Assembly: GCA_964394645.1 (NCBI GenBank)
Contig: CAYMYC010000001.1
Coordinates: 117,299 to 181,298 of the forward strand
Direction: 5' to 3'
Origin: an uncultured Gammaproteobacteria bacterium
GTDB lineage: Bacteria; Patescibacteriota; Microgenomatia; Levybacterales; GWA1-39-11
DNA: 64,000 nt
This document shows positions 1 through 10,842 of this stretch, piece after piece (the stretch's first letter is position 1; every line of letters starts with the position of its first letter). Position numbers and translations under genes: made by a program. The notes beneath the pieces were generated by a model. That model saw nothing but the letters and a program-made list of their open reading frames with translations. It ran no database searches and had not been told where the DNA came from.

Positions 1-3000
1 AAAAAAGGACTTACTTATTTTTCACCATTAGTGGTAGAGGCAAGTCTTCTTAATAAGAAAACAGGAAAACGGGTAAAACAGGATGTATTTTTAGGTGAAG
101 TGCCTAAAATGACTGATCGAGGAACATTTATTGTAAATGGTATTGAGCGTGTTATCGTGAATCAAATTGTTCGTTCGCCTGGGGTATTTTTTACAGCTGC
201 GGAAGATCCGATTACTGGTCGTACTCTTTATACTGCTGAATTAAGACCAGTTCATGGGTCTTGGTTAGAATTTTCGACTACCAGAAATGACATGATTGTT
301 GTCAGAATTGATCGTCGAAAGAAATTTCTTGCATCAGTTTTTCTGAAATCACTTGGTCTTGAAGGTACAGAAAATATTTACAAAAAATTTGAAGAAATTC
401 CAGGAGCTGAGAAATTTATCAAAAATACTTTAGGAAAAGACGAGACAAAAGGAGAGACAGATGCGCTTATTGAAATATTTAAGAAGATGAATCCCGGAGA
501 GCCTGTTGTTATTGATACTATTAGGCAGAATTTTAGGGATTTGTTCTTTGATAGAAGGCGTTATGATCTTTCAAAGGTTGGAAGATATAAGATAAACAAA
601 AAACTTCATAATATTACCAATTTCGTATCCTCTGATGCGTTAACCTTAACAATGGATGATATAGTAGGAATAATTTCATACTTAATCGGTCTTGCGGAAG
701 GTCGTGGTAAGGTAGATGATATTGATCATCTTTCAAACCGAAGAGTAAGAAGTGTTGGCGAGTTGGTGCAAACTACTGCTTTTAGAGTTGGGGCTCTTCG
801 TCTCGAAAGAATTATTAAGGAAAAAATGAGCCTTGCCTCAACCGAAGAACAGTTTTCTCCTTCACACTTTATAAATGCACACCCAATTATTGCAGCAATC
901 AACGAATTTTTTAGAACCTCCCAGTTGTCAGCTATTTTAGATCAAACTAATCCTCTTGCTGAAATTGATAATCTTCGTCGTCTTACTGTTATGGGTACGG
1001 GTGGAATTTCTCGTGAGCGAGCATCGTTTTCTATCCGAGATATAAATGCTTCTCAGTATTCAAGGATTTGTCCAGTTAGATCCCCTGAGGGTCCTAATAT
1101 TGGTCTTGTTACATATCTTGCCCTATACACACAGGTAAATGAATTTGGTTTTCTTGAGGCTCCATACAAAAAGCTTATAAAAGAAAAGAGAGGACAAAAA
1201 ACACGTATAAAGGTAAGTGATGAAGTTGTTTATATGGATGCAGATGAAGAGTCAGATCATTATATTACGCACGCAGATATAGCTATTGATGAAGACGGAT
1301 ATATAAAGGAGGAAATCGTTCCTGCAAGAATAAACGGAGAATACCTTGAAGTTGAGGCAGAAAAGATTGAGTTTATTGATGTTGTGCCACGTCAGGTTGT
1401 TGGAACAAGCGCTTCGCTTATTCCATTCATTGATCATGATGAGGCAAATCGTGCACTGATGGGTACGCACATGCAGTGTCAAGCTGTTCCGTTAGTTAAA
1501 ACTGAAAGCCCAGTTGTTGGAACCGGCATGGAGGCATCTGTTTCTTCTGCGATGAGTCGTGTAGTTAAGGCACCATATGACGGTACAGTGACTTTCGTTG
1601 ATGCAAGTAAGCTTGTTTTGAAGGGAAAGGCACGTGGAGAAGAAGAAACATATCTCATTGATAAATTTAAAAGAACTGCACAGAACACATTTTTCTCTCA
1701 GCGCCCAGTTGTTCCTGTCGGAACTGAGGTTAAAAAGGGAGACGTTTTGATAGATGGACCAGCTTCAGACATGGGGGAGCTTGCATTGGGTAAAAATCTA
1801 CTCATTGCATACGCGTCTTTTGACGGACTTGGGTATGAGGATGGAATTGTTATTTCAGATAGATTAGTAAAAGATGATTCACTAACATCTATTCATATTG
1901 AGAAATATGAGGCTACTGTTGTAGATACAAAGCTTGGACCAGAAGAGACAACCCGTGATATTCCAAATGTTGCAGAAGAAGATCTTGCATATCTTGATGA
2001 CGAAGGTGTGGTTGTTGTAGGTTCAGAGGTGAGCCCAGGCGATATATTGGTCGGAAAGATTGCGCCTAAAGGTGAAACAGAACTTACAGCTGAAGAGAGA
2101 TTATTACGAGCAATATTTGGTGAGAAAGCTCGCGAGGTTAGAGATACCTCACTGAGAATGCCTCATGGAGAGCATGGAATTGTTATAAATGTCCAAGTGC
2201 TTGATCGCGAAAAAGGTGATGAGTTGGAGCCAGGTACAATTAGAAAAATATTGATAGAAGTTGCTCAGATGAGGCATGTTGTAGTCGGAGACAAATTAGC
2301 GGGTCGTCATGGGAATAAAGGTGTTATTTCAAAAATTGTTCCTCAGTCTGATATGCCTTACTTAGAGGATGGTACGCCTATAGATATTATAATTTCTCCT
2401 ATTTCTGTTCTTTCACGTATGAATCTGGGTCAGTTATTAGAATCTCATATAGGATGGGCAGCTCAAAGGCTTAACATGAAAATAGGTATGCCTGCTTTTG
2501 AAAAACAACCTGAGGATCGTTTGTTTAGTCTTATGAAAGAAGCTGGACTTCCTGTTAGCGGTAAAGTAAAATTGTTTGATGCGCGTACAGGAGATCAGTA
2601 CGAGAACGAAGTTGTCGTAGGGATAGGATACATCATGAAACTGATTCATATGGTTGAGGATAAGGCGCATGCCCGTTCGACTGGACCATATTCATTGGTT
2701 ACTCAACAGCCTTTGGGTGGAAAAGCTCAAATGGGAGGACAGCGTTTAGGAGAGATGGAAGTTTGGGCACTTGAAGCACATCGTGCTGCATACACTCTTC
2801 AGGAGATGTTAACAACAAAATCAGATGATGTTGCAGGTCGAGCAAAGGCATTTGAGGCGATAATTAAGGGTGTTGATATTCCTACGCCTAAAGTGCCAGA
2901 ATCCTTTAAGGTCCTTATCCGTGAACTTGAGTCATTAGGTATGATGATTCAACCAACTGAAGCAGTTGTTGCTGTAGAGCAGGAAGAAACAGAAGAAGAG

Positions 3001-3165
3001 TTAAAAGAGGAAGAAAAGACAATAAAAGAAGCAGCTGATTTGGCTGAGGCTACAGAATCACTTGAGGTAGATGTTGCATCCGCTGATGACGCGATAGTAA
3101 AAGATGTTGCAACTTCTGAATCTGAAGAAAATCTTGAGGCTGCAGACATAAAGGAGTCTAACTAA
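1..3165 (+). CDS. rpoB: RNA polymerase beta subunit (5'-partial)
   Basis: Motifs GDKLAGRHGNKG, GGQRLGEMEVWALE and RSTGPYSLVTQQPLGG. The frame is open from base 1 (KKGLTYFSPL before the ORF-track start), so the gene begins upstream of the window. Confidence 0.99.
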   Translation, partial: KKGLTYFSPLVVEASLLNKKTGKRVKQDVFLGEVPKMTDRGTFIVNGIERVIVNQIVRSPGVFFTAAEDPITGRTLYTAELRPVHGSWLEFSTTRNDMIVVRIDRRKKFLASVFLKSLGLEGTENIYKKFEEIPGAEKFIKNTLGKDETKGETDALIEIFKKMNPGEPVVIDTIRQNFRDLFFDRRRYDLSKVGRYKINKKLHNITNFVSSDALTLTMDDIVGIISYLIGLAEGRGKVDDIDHLSNRRVRSVGELVQTTAFRVGALRLERIIKEKMSLASTEEQFSPSHFINAHPIIAAINEFFRTSQLSAILDQTNPLAEIDNLRRLTVMGTGGISRERASFSIRDINASQYSRICPVRSPEGPNIGLVTYLALYTQVNEFGFLEAPYKKLIKEKRGQKTRIKVSDEVVYMDADEESDHYITHADIAIDEDGYIKEEIVPARINGEYLEVEAEKIEFIDVVPRQVVGTSASLIPFIDHDEANRALMGTHMQCQAVPLVKTESPVVGTGMEASVSSAMSRVVKAPYDGTVTFVDASKLVLKGKARGEEETYLIDKFKRTAQNTFFSQRPVVPVGTEVKKGDVLIDGPASDMGELALGKNLLIAYASFDGLGYEDGIVISDRLVKDDSLTSIHIEKYEATVVDTKLGPEETTRDIPNVAEEDLAYLDDEGVVVVGSEVSPGDILVGKIAPKGETELTAEERLLRAIFGEKAREVRDTSLRMPHGEHGIVINVQVLDREKGDELEPGTIRKILIEVAQMRHVVVGDKLAGRHGNKGVISKIVPQSDMPYLEDGTPIDIIISPISVLSRMNLGQLLESHIGWAAQRLNMKIGMPAFEKQPEDRLFSLMKEAGLPVSGKVKLFDARTGDQYENEVVVGIGYIMKLIHMVEDKAHARSTGPYSLVTQQPLGGKAQMGGQRLGEMEVWALEAHRAAYTLQEMLTTKSDDVAGRAKAFEAIIKGVDIPTPKVPESFKVLIRELESLGMMIQPTEAVVAVEQEETEEELKEEEKTIKEAADLAEATESLEVDVASADDAIVKDVATSESEENLEAADIKESN

Positions 3166-3166
3166 T

Positions 3167-6100
3167 ATGGATAATAATTTAGCTAAAAAAAGACAAAATA
3201 GAAAATTTGACGCAATTAATATATCAGACTTTAAGGGTCTTAAAATTTTAGTTGCAGATCCAACCACCATAAAAGATCTTTCATATGGTGAGGTAACAAA
3301 ACCGGAAACGATTAACTATAGAACTTATCGACCTGAAAAAGACGGATTGTTTGATGAGAGAATTTTCGGTCCTACGAAAGATTTTGAATGTTATTGTGGA
3401 AAATATAAAAGAATACGCTACAAAGGAATTGTTTGTGATAGGTGTGGGGTTGAGGTAACTTATTCTCGTGTGAGACGAGAACGTATGGGGCATATTTCAC
3501 TCGCAACACCTGTGGTGCATGTATGGTTTTCTAAAGGAACTCCTTCTAAGCTATCTACGTTATTAGATATTTCTCAGAAAGAGCTTGAGTCAGTTGTATA
3601 TTTTGCTTCATACCTAGTCGTTGAGCTTGATGAAGAAAAGAGAAAGGAAGCACAAAAGGTATTGGCGGAATTAAAGAGCAAGAGAATTGAAAAAATAAAA
3701 GAACAAGTTGAGGAAGAAAGAGAAAAATTAGCACAAGAAGAAGCGGATAAGTTGAAGGAGATTGAAGCAACTCTTTCAGAAGAGCAAAAAAAATTAGTTC
3801 TTGAGGAAACTAGAGTAAGCTTCAGACAGAAAAACATAGCTTTAGATAAAAGACTTGAGACAGAAAGCGCAAGAACTGAAGAGATTCTTACTCGCGTATC
3901 AGATATTGTTAAAAGTCTAAAACTTTGGAATGTGTTGTCTGAAGAAGAATATGTACGCCTAATTGAATACGATATCCCACTGTTTTTCGAGGTTTCAACG
4001 GGTGCACAAGCAGTACTTGCTGCCATTGAGTCAGTCGACACGCAAAAGCTTGTGGGTGAGCTTCGTGAGGAAGTTAAAAAATCATCTGGTCAAAAGCAAT
4101 TAAAATTGCTAAAAAGACTGCACCTTATCGAGTCAATCAATAAGGCAGGATTCAAGCCGGATTCGCTAATCTTGAGAATTCTTCCAGTTCTTCCACCAGA
4201 TCTTCGACCAATGGTTCAACTTAATGGTGGACGATTCGCAACATCAGATCTAAACGATCTTTACAGGCGCGTTATTAATAGAAATAACAGACTAAAGCAT
4301 CTTATTTCATTGGGTGCCCCTGAAATTATTTTAAGAAATGAGAAGCGAATGCTTCAGGAGGCAGTCGACTATCTAATTGATACCTCAATTAGGACTTCTA
4401 CCACCCAAAGACAATTCAAATCGCTATCTGATATTCTTCGCGGAAAGCAAGGGAGATTTAGAAAAAACCTTTTGGGTAAGCGTGTAGATTACTCTGGTCG
4501 TTCAGTTATTATAGTAGGTCCAGAGTTAACATTAAATCAATGTGGTCTTCCAAAGGAAATGGCGCTTGAGCTTTTTAAGCCATTTGTTATTCGCGAGGTT
4601 ATCACGCGTGGATTAACAACTCCAAATGCAAAAGCTGCAAAACGATTCATTGAGAAACGCCCCCCAGAGGTATTTGATATTTTAGAAGAAATAACTAAAA
4701 ATCACCCTGTGCTTTTAAATCGTGCTCCAACTCTTCACAAGTTAGGAATTCAGGCATTTTATCCTGTTTTAGTTGAAGGATCGGCTATAAGAATTCATCC
4801 ATGTGTTTGTGCAGGATATAATGCTGACTTTGATGGAGATCAAATGGCTATTCACGTTCCATTATCTTCTCGTGCGCAAGAGGAGGCAATTAAGCTTATG
4901 ATGCCTGAGCACAATTTACTTAAACCAGCAGATGGATCTCCAATCACGCTTCCAAATAAAGAAATGGCACTTGGAGTATTCTATTTTACCTCAGTGGACG
5001 AACGGTTAAGACGTGAAGTTCTTCCTCATTTTGTTGATGAGCAGGAAGCATTTTTTGCATTTTCTCTTAAGAAAATTGCACTTCGTGAGCCTATTATGGT
5101 CAGAATTAAAGGGAAACTAATAGATACAAGTATAGGAAGAATTTTATTTAATGAAAAACTTCCAGAAAAGATGCGATATGTAAACACGGAAGTAAAAGCA
5201 TCAACAATTAAGGAATTGGTAACTCGTGCGATGGTTGAGTTAACTGAGGCAGAGGTTGGAAAGTTAATTGATAGCATTAAAGAGATTGGATTTTATTCTG
5301 CGACAATTTCAGGTATTTCTGTTTCTACATTTGATCTTAAAATGCTTGATAACAAGAATCAACTCATTTTAGATGCTGAAAAGAAAGTTATGGACATAGA
5401 AAACGAATATCAGCAGGGATTAATTACTCTTTCCGAGCAAAAAAGATTAATGAATAATGTTTGGCTTGAGGCAACTGAAAAAATAGCAAATCTTACATGG
5501 GAGCTTTTTGATAAAAATGATATGGTAAGAATTATTGCTGAATCAGGTGGAGCCCGTGCTGGGAAGGACCAAATTAAACAGCTTGCGGCTATGCGTGGAC
5601 TTATCTATGATCCGCTTGGTCGTATCGTTGAACTTCCAATTAAATCTAATTTCCGCGAAGGTTTGTCAATTTTTGAATACGTAAACTCTGCGCGTGGATC
5701 AAGAAAAGGTCTTACCGATTCAGCATTAAAAACAGCAGATGCTGGATATCTAACTCGTCGGTTAGTTGATGTGGCTCATGATGTAATTATTCGTGAAATG
5801 GATTGTGGCACAACGGAGGGTATGCCTGTTGACATGAAGTTGCGTGAAAACACAGCGTATATGACCAATATGCTTCTAGGAAGAACGGTAATGCATGATG
5901 TCAGAAAAGGTAAAAATATATACGTTAAGAAGGACGATCAAATAGACCATGATACATTGCCGCAAATTTTAACTGATGAAGTCACGGAAACTATAACAGT
6001 AAGGTCTCCCCTCTATTGTAGATTAAAATATGGTCTTTGCGCCCTTTGTTACGGATGGGATATGAGTTCATATAAACTTGCGGATATGGGTACACCAGTT

Positions 6101-6943
6101 GGAGTTATTGCAGCACAGTCTATTGGTGAGCCAGGTACACAGCTTACCATGCGCGTTAAACATTTTGGTGGAGTTGTTATGTCTGATGTTACGCAAGGAC
6201 TTCCACGTGTTGAGGAATTATTTGAGGTAAGAAGACCAAAGAATCTTGCCCCGGTTGCAGAAATTACTGGTAAGGTTCAGGTAAACAAGGTTGATGACGG
6301 GTTCATAATCCGCGTAAGAAATGCAAAAGTGAAACCAGTTGAAGAACGTGAATATTTTGTTCCGCTTACCGCAAGCTTATTAGTTACTGAAGGTGAAGAG
6401 GTAGTAGCAGGTACAAGGCTTTGTGAGGGGTACCTAGATCCAAGAGACGTGCTGAAGGTATCAGGACTTCAAAAAGCTCAAGATTACTTAATTGCTGAAG
6501 TTCAGAACGTGTATGAATCTCAAGGAATTTCAATTCACTATAAACATTTTGAGACAATAACACGTAAGATGTCTGATAAGGTAATGGTTGAGACACCAGG
6601 GGATACTGCTCTCCTTCCAGGAGATTTGGTAAGTAAATTACGGTTTGAGGAAGAAAATGCAAATGTTATTGCCGAAGGAGGAGAGCCGGCATCTGCGCGA
6701 GAAATCATTCTTGGAATTACGAAGGCAGCTTTAGTAACAGACTCATGGCTTTCTGCATCTTCATTCCAAGAAACAACCCAGGTATTAACTGACGCTGCGT
6801 TAGAGGGTAAAGAGGATAACCTTATAGGACTTAAAGAGAATGTTATTGTTGGACGTCTAATACCGGTTCGTGAAGACTTTATGGAAGGTAATACCGCAAT
6901 AATAAATGCTGAAAAGCCTCAGATGGAAACACCACAGGCATAA
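3167..6943 (+). CDS. rpoC: RNA polymerase beta' subunit
   Basis: NADFDGDQM catalytic motif, N-terminal zinc finger, directly follows rpoB. Confidence 0.99.
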   Translation: MDNNLAKKRQNRKFDAINISDFKGLKILVADPTTIKDLSYGEVTKPETINYRTYRPEKDGLFDERIFGPTKDFECYCGKYKRIRYKGIVCDRCGVEVTYSRVRRERMGHISLATPVVHVWFSKGTPSKLSTLLDISQKELESVVYFASYLVVELDEEKRKEAQKVLAELKSKRIEKIKEQVEEEREKLAQEEADKLKEIEATLSEEQKKLVLEETRVSFRQKNIALDKRLETESARTEEILTRVSDIVKSLKLWNVLSEEEYVRLIEYDIPLFFEVSTGAQAVLAAIESVDTQKLVGELREEVKKSSGQKQLKLLKRLHLIESINKAGFKPDSLILRILPVLPPDLRPMVQLNGGRFATSDLNDLYRRVINRNNRLKHLISLGAPEIILRNEKRMLQEAVDYLIDTSIRTSTTQRQFKSLSDILRGKQGRFRKNLLGKRVDYSGRSVIIVGPELTLNQCGLPKEMALELFKPFVIREVITRGLTTPNAKAAKRFIEKRPPEVFDILEEITKNHPVLLNRAPTLHKLGIQAFYPVLVEGSAIRIHPCVCAGYNADFDGDQMAIHVPLSSRAQEEAIKLMMPEHNLLKPADGSPITLPNKEMALGVFYFTSVDERLRREVLPHFVDEQEAFFAFSLKKIALREPIMVRIKGKLIDTSIGRILFNEKLPEKMRYVNTEVKASTIKELVTRAMVELTEAEVGKLIDSIKEIGFYSATISGISVSTFDLKMLDNKNQLILDAEKKVMDIENEYQQGLITLSEQKRLMNNVWLEATEKIANLTWELFDKNDMVRIIAESGGARAGKDQIKQLAAMRGLIYDPLGRIVELPIKSNFREGLSIFEYVNSARGSRKGLTDSALKTADAGYLTRRLVDVAHDVIIREMDCGTTEGMPVDMKLRENTAYMTNMLLGRTVMHDVRKGKNIYVKKDDQIDHDTLPQILTDEVTETITVRSPLYCRLKYGLCALCYGWDMSSYKLADMGTPVGVIAAQSIGEPGTQLTMRVKHFGGVVMSDVTQGLPRVEELFEVRRPKNLAPVAEITGKVQVNKVDDGFIIRVRNAKVKPVEEREYFVPLTASLLVTEGEEVVAGTRLCEGYLDPRDVLKVSGLQKAQDYLIAEVQNVYESQGISIHYKHFETITRKMSDKVMVETPGDTALLPGDLVSKLRFEEENANVIAEGGEPASAREIILGITKAALVTDSWLSASSFQETTQVLTDAALEGKEDNLIGLKENVIVGRLIPVREDFMEGNTAIINAEKPQMETPQA

Positions 6944-7032
6944 CTTTGATAGTAGAGCTCATATTTCAAACTCCAATATCAACTTGTGGCGCTAGTAATT
7001 CGAGGCAAAATATTGTAAAATAGGAACTTAAT

Positions 7033-7458
7033 ATGCCTACATTAAATCAATTAGTCAAAAAAGGGCGTTTAAAAAAAGGTAAAAAGGTGAAAGCAACTGG
7101 TTTGCGAACTACATTTAATGCAAGAACCAGAACGTATGGAAAACTTTCATCTCCTCAAAAACGTGGCGTGGTAACTCTCGTTAAAACAATGACTCCTAAG
7201 AAGCCAAATTCAGCTCTTCGTAAGGTTGCACGTATTAAACTCTCTAACCGTGAAGAAGTAACAGCATATATTCAGGGCATTGGACATAATCTAGCCGAAC
7301 ATGGGATAGTTTTGGTTCGTGGAGGAAGAGTTAAAGATTTACCTGGAGTAAAATATCATTTAGTGCGTGGTAAATTTGACTTAGCTGGTGTTGAGGGTAG
7401 AAAATCATCCCGTTCTAAGTATGGGGCAAAAAATTCAGGAGGAGGAGCTGCTGCTTAG
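7033..7458 (+). CDS. rpsL: 30S ribosomal protein S12
   Basis: [24 protein letters not shown]. Confidence 0.99.
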   Translation: MPTLNQLVKKGRLKKGKKVKATGLRTTFNARTRTYGKLSSPQKRGVVTLVKTMTPKKPNSALRKVARIKLSNREEVTAYIQGIGHNLAEHGIVLVRGGRVKDLPGVKYHLVRGKFDLAGVEGRKSSRSKYGAKNSGGGAAA

Positions 7459-7475
7459 TTGCAGACTATTAAATT

Positions 7476-7955
7476 ATGAGAGGTGCACATGTTACTAAAA
7501 AAAGAAAAATAGAGCCGGATCCAGTTTATAATAATTTATTGTTGGCTAAATTTATAAATCGACTTATGCGTCATGGAAAAAAGACTGTGGCTCAAGGGGT
7601 CGTATACGATACTTTAGACTTCATGAAAGAAAAGGGAGAAGCTGATCCTATTGCCGCGTTTGAGAAAGCAATTGATACAGTTTCACCAAAAGTTGAGGTT
7701 AAGGCAAGAAGAATTGGTGGCGCAGCTTATCAGGTTCCTACAGAAGTACGTGGTCCAAGGCGAATTTCCCTTGCTATCCGTTGGATATTAGAAGCAGCAA
7801 ATAAGCGTTCTACATCAGATTATAAAAAGTTTTCAGAAAAATTGGCAGCAGAGATAATGGATGTTAATAAGAATACGGGAGAAGCCGTAAGAAGGCGAGA
7901 TGTAGCTCATAAGATGGCAGAAGCAAACAGAGCGTTTAGTCATTTCCGCTTTTAA
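7476..7955 (+). CDS. rpsG: 30S ribosomal protein S7
   Basis: RRIGGAAYQVP, HKMAEANRAFSH. Confidence 0.99.
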   Translation: MRGAHVTKKRKIEPDPVYNNLLLAKFINRLMRHGKKTVAQGVVYDTLDFMKEKGEADPIAAFEKAIDTVSPKVEVKARRIGGAAYQVPTEVRGPRRISLAIRWILEAANKRSTSDYKKFSEKLAAEIMDVNKNTGEAVRRRDVAHKMAEANRAFSHFRF

Positions 7956-8206
7956 AGCGCAGTAATATTTTTTAAGGTTTTGGGTAGCTGCAGGAAGCTT
8001 CTTTTTTCCACTTCAGATTCCCCCTATAAGAATTAACGTTTTTAGTATGTGAATTTTTAGTAAAAGATTATTAAGAAAAATATAAGCAAGAAGTACGTCA
8101 CCCTAAATAACATTAATAGGTTAATTCAGTAGTATAAACAAGTAATTATTAGTGCATAAAACAATTTTAGTTTGATATTTAATTTTGATAGGAATATAGT
8201 TACATT

Positions 8207-8869
8207 ATGGAAAACATAATATGGTTTGGACATGCTTCTTTTTTATTTACTGATAGAGCTTCAGGAGGGAAAGCATATTACATTGACCCCTTTCAATTGC
8301 CAAAAAATAAGGATATTCCCATGGCAGATGTAATTTTTATTACGCACGCACATTACGACCATTTTTCTATTCAGGATATAGAGCGAATATTAAAAGATGA
8401 AACTGTTGTAGTTGCAACGCCTGATTGTCTTGACGTTCTTGGTATAAGGCTGGAAAAAATTCCTGTAGAACCTAGTAGGGCATATAGTATAAAAAATTTT
8501 CATTTTGAAACAATTCCAGCATATAATCTGAGACCAGATAGGATTTCTTTTCATCCTCAAAAAAACAAGTGGGTAGGATATGTCTTTGAGTTAAATGGGC
8601 AATTAGTTTATCATGCAGGAGACACTGATTTTATTCCTGAAATGAGAGAGCTTGCGGAGAGACACTTGGACCTGACCCTGCTTCCCATGGGAGGAATATA
8701 TACTATGGACGTGCATGAGATGATCGCAGCCGTAAAAGTAATTAAGCCAAAAAAGATAATTCCCATGCACTACAAGATATTGTTGGGTGAAGTTTCATAT
8801 AAGGTAGAACAAGAAGTACTAGCGGAATTAAATAATTCAAAAGTAGTAATTTTAGATGAGCTAAAGTAA
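8207..8869 (+). CDS. MBL-fold metallo-hydrolase
   Basis: GHASF, THAHYDH (HxHxDH), HAGDT, PMHY motifs. Confidence 0.9.
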   Translation: MENIIWFGHASFLFTDRASGGKAYYIDPFQLPKNKDIPMADVIFITHAHYDHFSIQDIERILKDETVVVATPDCLDVLGIRLEKIPVEPSRAYSIKNFHFETIPAYNLRPDRISFHPQKNKWVGYVFELNGQLVYHAGDTDFIPEMRELAERHLDLTLLPMGGIYTMDVHEMIAAVKVIKPKKIIPMHYKILLGEVSYKVEQEVLAELNNSKVVILDELK

Positions 8870-9505
8870 TTATTCGACAGTAATAGACGTTATCTTATCT
8901 CCTGCTACCATTTTGCGCACCACATCCATTCCTTCTGTGACCTTTCCGAAAATAGTGTAATTATGAGGTAATTGTTCATTGTCTTGCCACATTATAAAAA
9001 ATTGTGAGCCATTTGTATTGGGTCCAGAATTTGCCATAGCCAATACTCCTTCCTTGTACCCCTCTTTGTAAGAAGGGGTTTCTGGGTTGAGTTCGTCTTC
9101 AAATGGCTTTCCATATATTGAATATCCGCCGGTTCCATTTCCGCTTGGATCTCCGCCTTGAATTACGAATCCAGGTTCAACTCTATGAAATGTTAAACCG
9201 TCATAAAATTTATTTTTCGCGAGTGTAGCAAAATTAGTTGCAGCTTTCGGTGCGTCTTGTGGGTAAAGAATTAATCGAATAACGCCTTTGGCGGTAGTAA
9301 TTGTTGCAGTAGTTGCTGTAATTGGTGTAAATGTTGGCATAGGTGCTGATTGCTTTACTGTTGGTATTATAACTGATTGAGGAGCTGTTGCATCCAGAAT
9401 ATTTGTCTCAGGTGTGTTTCCCTTCTCCCCGCGGTTTGTTGCAAAAATAAGTACTCCTAATCCTAGAACAATTATTATAACAAAGGCTATAAGAGTACGA
9501 TTCAT
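8870..9505 (-). CDS. Membrane-anchored cyclophilin-type peptidyl-prolyl isomerase
   Basis: FHRVEPGFVIQGGDP, MANSGPNTNGSQFFI; N-terminal hydrophobic helix. Confidence 0.95.
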   Translation of the reverse strand: MNRTLIAFVIIIVLGLGVLIFATNRGEKGNTPETNILDATAPQSVIIPTVKQSAPMPTFTPITATTATITTAKGVIRLILYPQDAPKAATNFATLAKNKFYDGLTFHRVEPGFVIQGGDPSGNGTGGYSIYGKPFEDELNPETPSYKEGYKEGVLAMANSGPNTNGSQFFIMWQDNEQLPHNYTIFGKVTEGMDVVRKMVAGDKITSITVE

Positions 9506-9592
9506 ATATCAGTAAATTGTATCAAAAAGATTAAAAAGAACAAGTGACACTTTATCCTTGTCTGATATGGCTGGCTTGAATACGTTAAGGTA

Positions 9593-10720
9593 TTAAAGTT
9601 CAGTAAGTTTTTTTGAGGACTTTGTAAGGGAAATAATTTCTTTCCCGTTAAACAATACAGTATCTTCTATTCGTACGCCTCCAAAATTACTAATATAAAC
9701 CCCGGGCTCAATGGTAAAAGGAATGTTAGGGGTGAGTAAGTCGTTATATCCAGGAGATATGTGTGGTAATTCATGAACCTCAAGTCCCACCCCATGTCCT
9801 ACAGAGTGAGGTACTGATGGGTAGCCTTGAGATAGGATATAATTCCGGGAAGTCATATCTATGATTTCACCACTAAGCTTCTGAGTAGGTTCTCTTATTT
9901 GCAGTTCTAAAGCTTTTTCTTGTCCGATAAGTACTGTGTCATATATTTTTTGGAATTTTTTTGGTGCTTTTCCTATAAAAAATGTTCGGGTCATATCAGC
10001 ACAATATCCATTTACTTTTGCTCCAAAATCAAGCAGAATAATGCTTTTTCCCCCAAGCTTTTTATTACTTGTTTTATGGTGTGGTATTGCTGAGTTTTCT
10101 GAAAAGGCAACAATTGTTGGAAATGCGAGTTCTCCTCCTGATTCACGAATATATTTTTCAATTTCCCAAGCTATTTCTTTTTCGCTTTGACCTATTCTTA
10201 TTGTCTTGAGAATATGAGAATAGGTGTTATCTGTTAATGCGCATGCAGCTAGTAAATCTTGCAGTTCTTCTGTATCTTTGGTTTGTCTTATGAATTCAAT
10301 AATATCCTCTGTTAATATCAGCCTTACATTTTTCAGTTTTTTGAAATATTTGTACTCTGAATATGTTAAATTTTCTTCAAATCCAATTATTTTCAGCTTT
10401 TCACGGATTAGTATTTCCTGAATTTGTGGAATAAGTCTTTTCTCTGTTCCAAATTCTATGACCGTTGGGTTTTGTTTAGTGTAAGATATAGCTTCAACGC
10501 TTTTTCTAGCACCTTCATATAGTCTTGGATCGGCAAATATATAGAGATTTGTATTTGTTAATAATGCAAAACCTTCCCGTTCGTTAGCGCTAAAGCCATT
10601 AAAGCCTGTGAGGTAATTGATATTATAGGAAGATGAGATAAGCAGAGCATCAAGTTTTTCAGTCTCTAAAATGCGACGTGCTTGTTCTGTCCTATTTTTC
10701 ATTCTGCAATTGTACCACAT
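9593..10720 (-). CDS. Xaa-Pro aminopeptidase (M24 family)
   Basis: DFGAKVNGYCADMTRT, HSVGHGVGLEVHE, GGVRIED; the true start may be the ATG at 10702. Confidence 0.92.
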   Translation of the reverse strand: MWYNCRMKNRTEQARRILETEKLDALLISSSYNINYLTGFNGFSANEREGFALLTNTNLYIFADPRLYEGARKSVEAISYTKQNPTVIEFGTEKRLIPQIQEILIREKLKIIGFEENLTYSEYKYFKKLKNVRLILTEDIIEFIRQTKDTEELQDLLAACALTDNTYSHILKTIRIGQSEKEIAWEIEKYIRESGGELAFPTIVAFSENSAIPHHKTSNKKLGGKSIILLDFGAKVNGYCADMTRTFFIGKAPKKFQKIYDTVLIGQEKALELQIREPTQKLSGEIIDMTSRNYILSQGYPSVPHSVGHGVGLEVHELPHISPGYNDLLTPNIPFTIEPGVYISNFGGVRIEDTVLFNGKEIISLTKSSKKLTEL

Positions 10721-10794
10721 GGATCTTGACTTTTATAAAATTGGGTAAGGCTAATTGTTTACAAATACTTCTGACTTTGTTATACTTATCTTAG

Positions 10795-10825
10795 TTCGAG
10801 AGGCAGACTCTCGAATTATTTTTTT
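10795..10825 (+). promoter_or_regulatory. Hairpin plus U-rich tract in the fusA 5' region
   Basis: TTCGAGAG-gcaga-CTCTCGAA (10795-10815) followed by T-rich sequence, just downstream of TGnTATACT. Confidence 0.45.
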
Positions 10826-10842
10826 AAGAAAAACTAAATAAT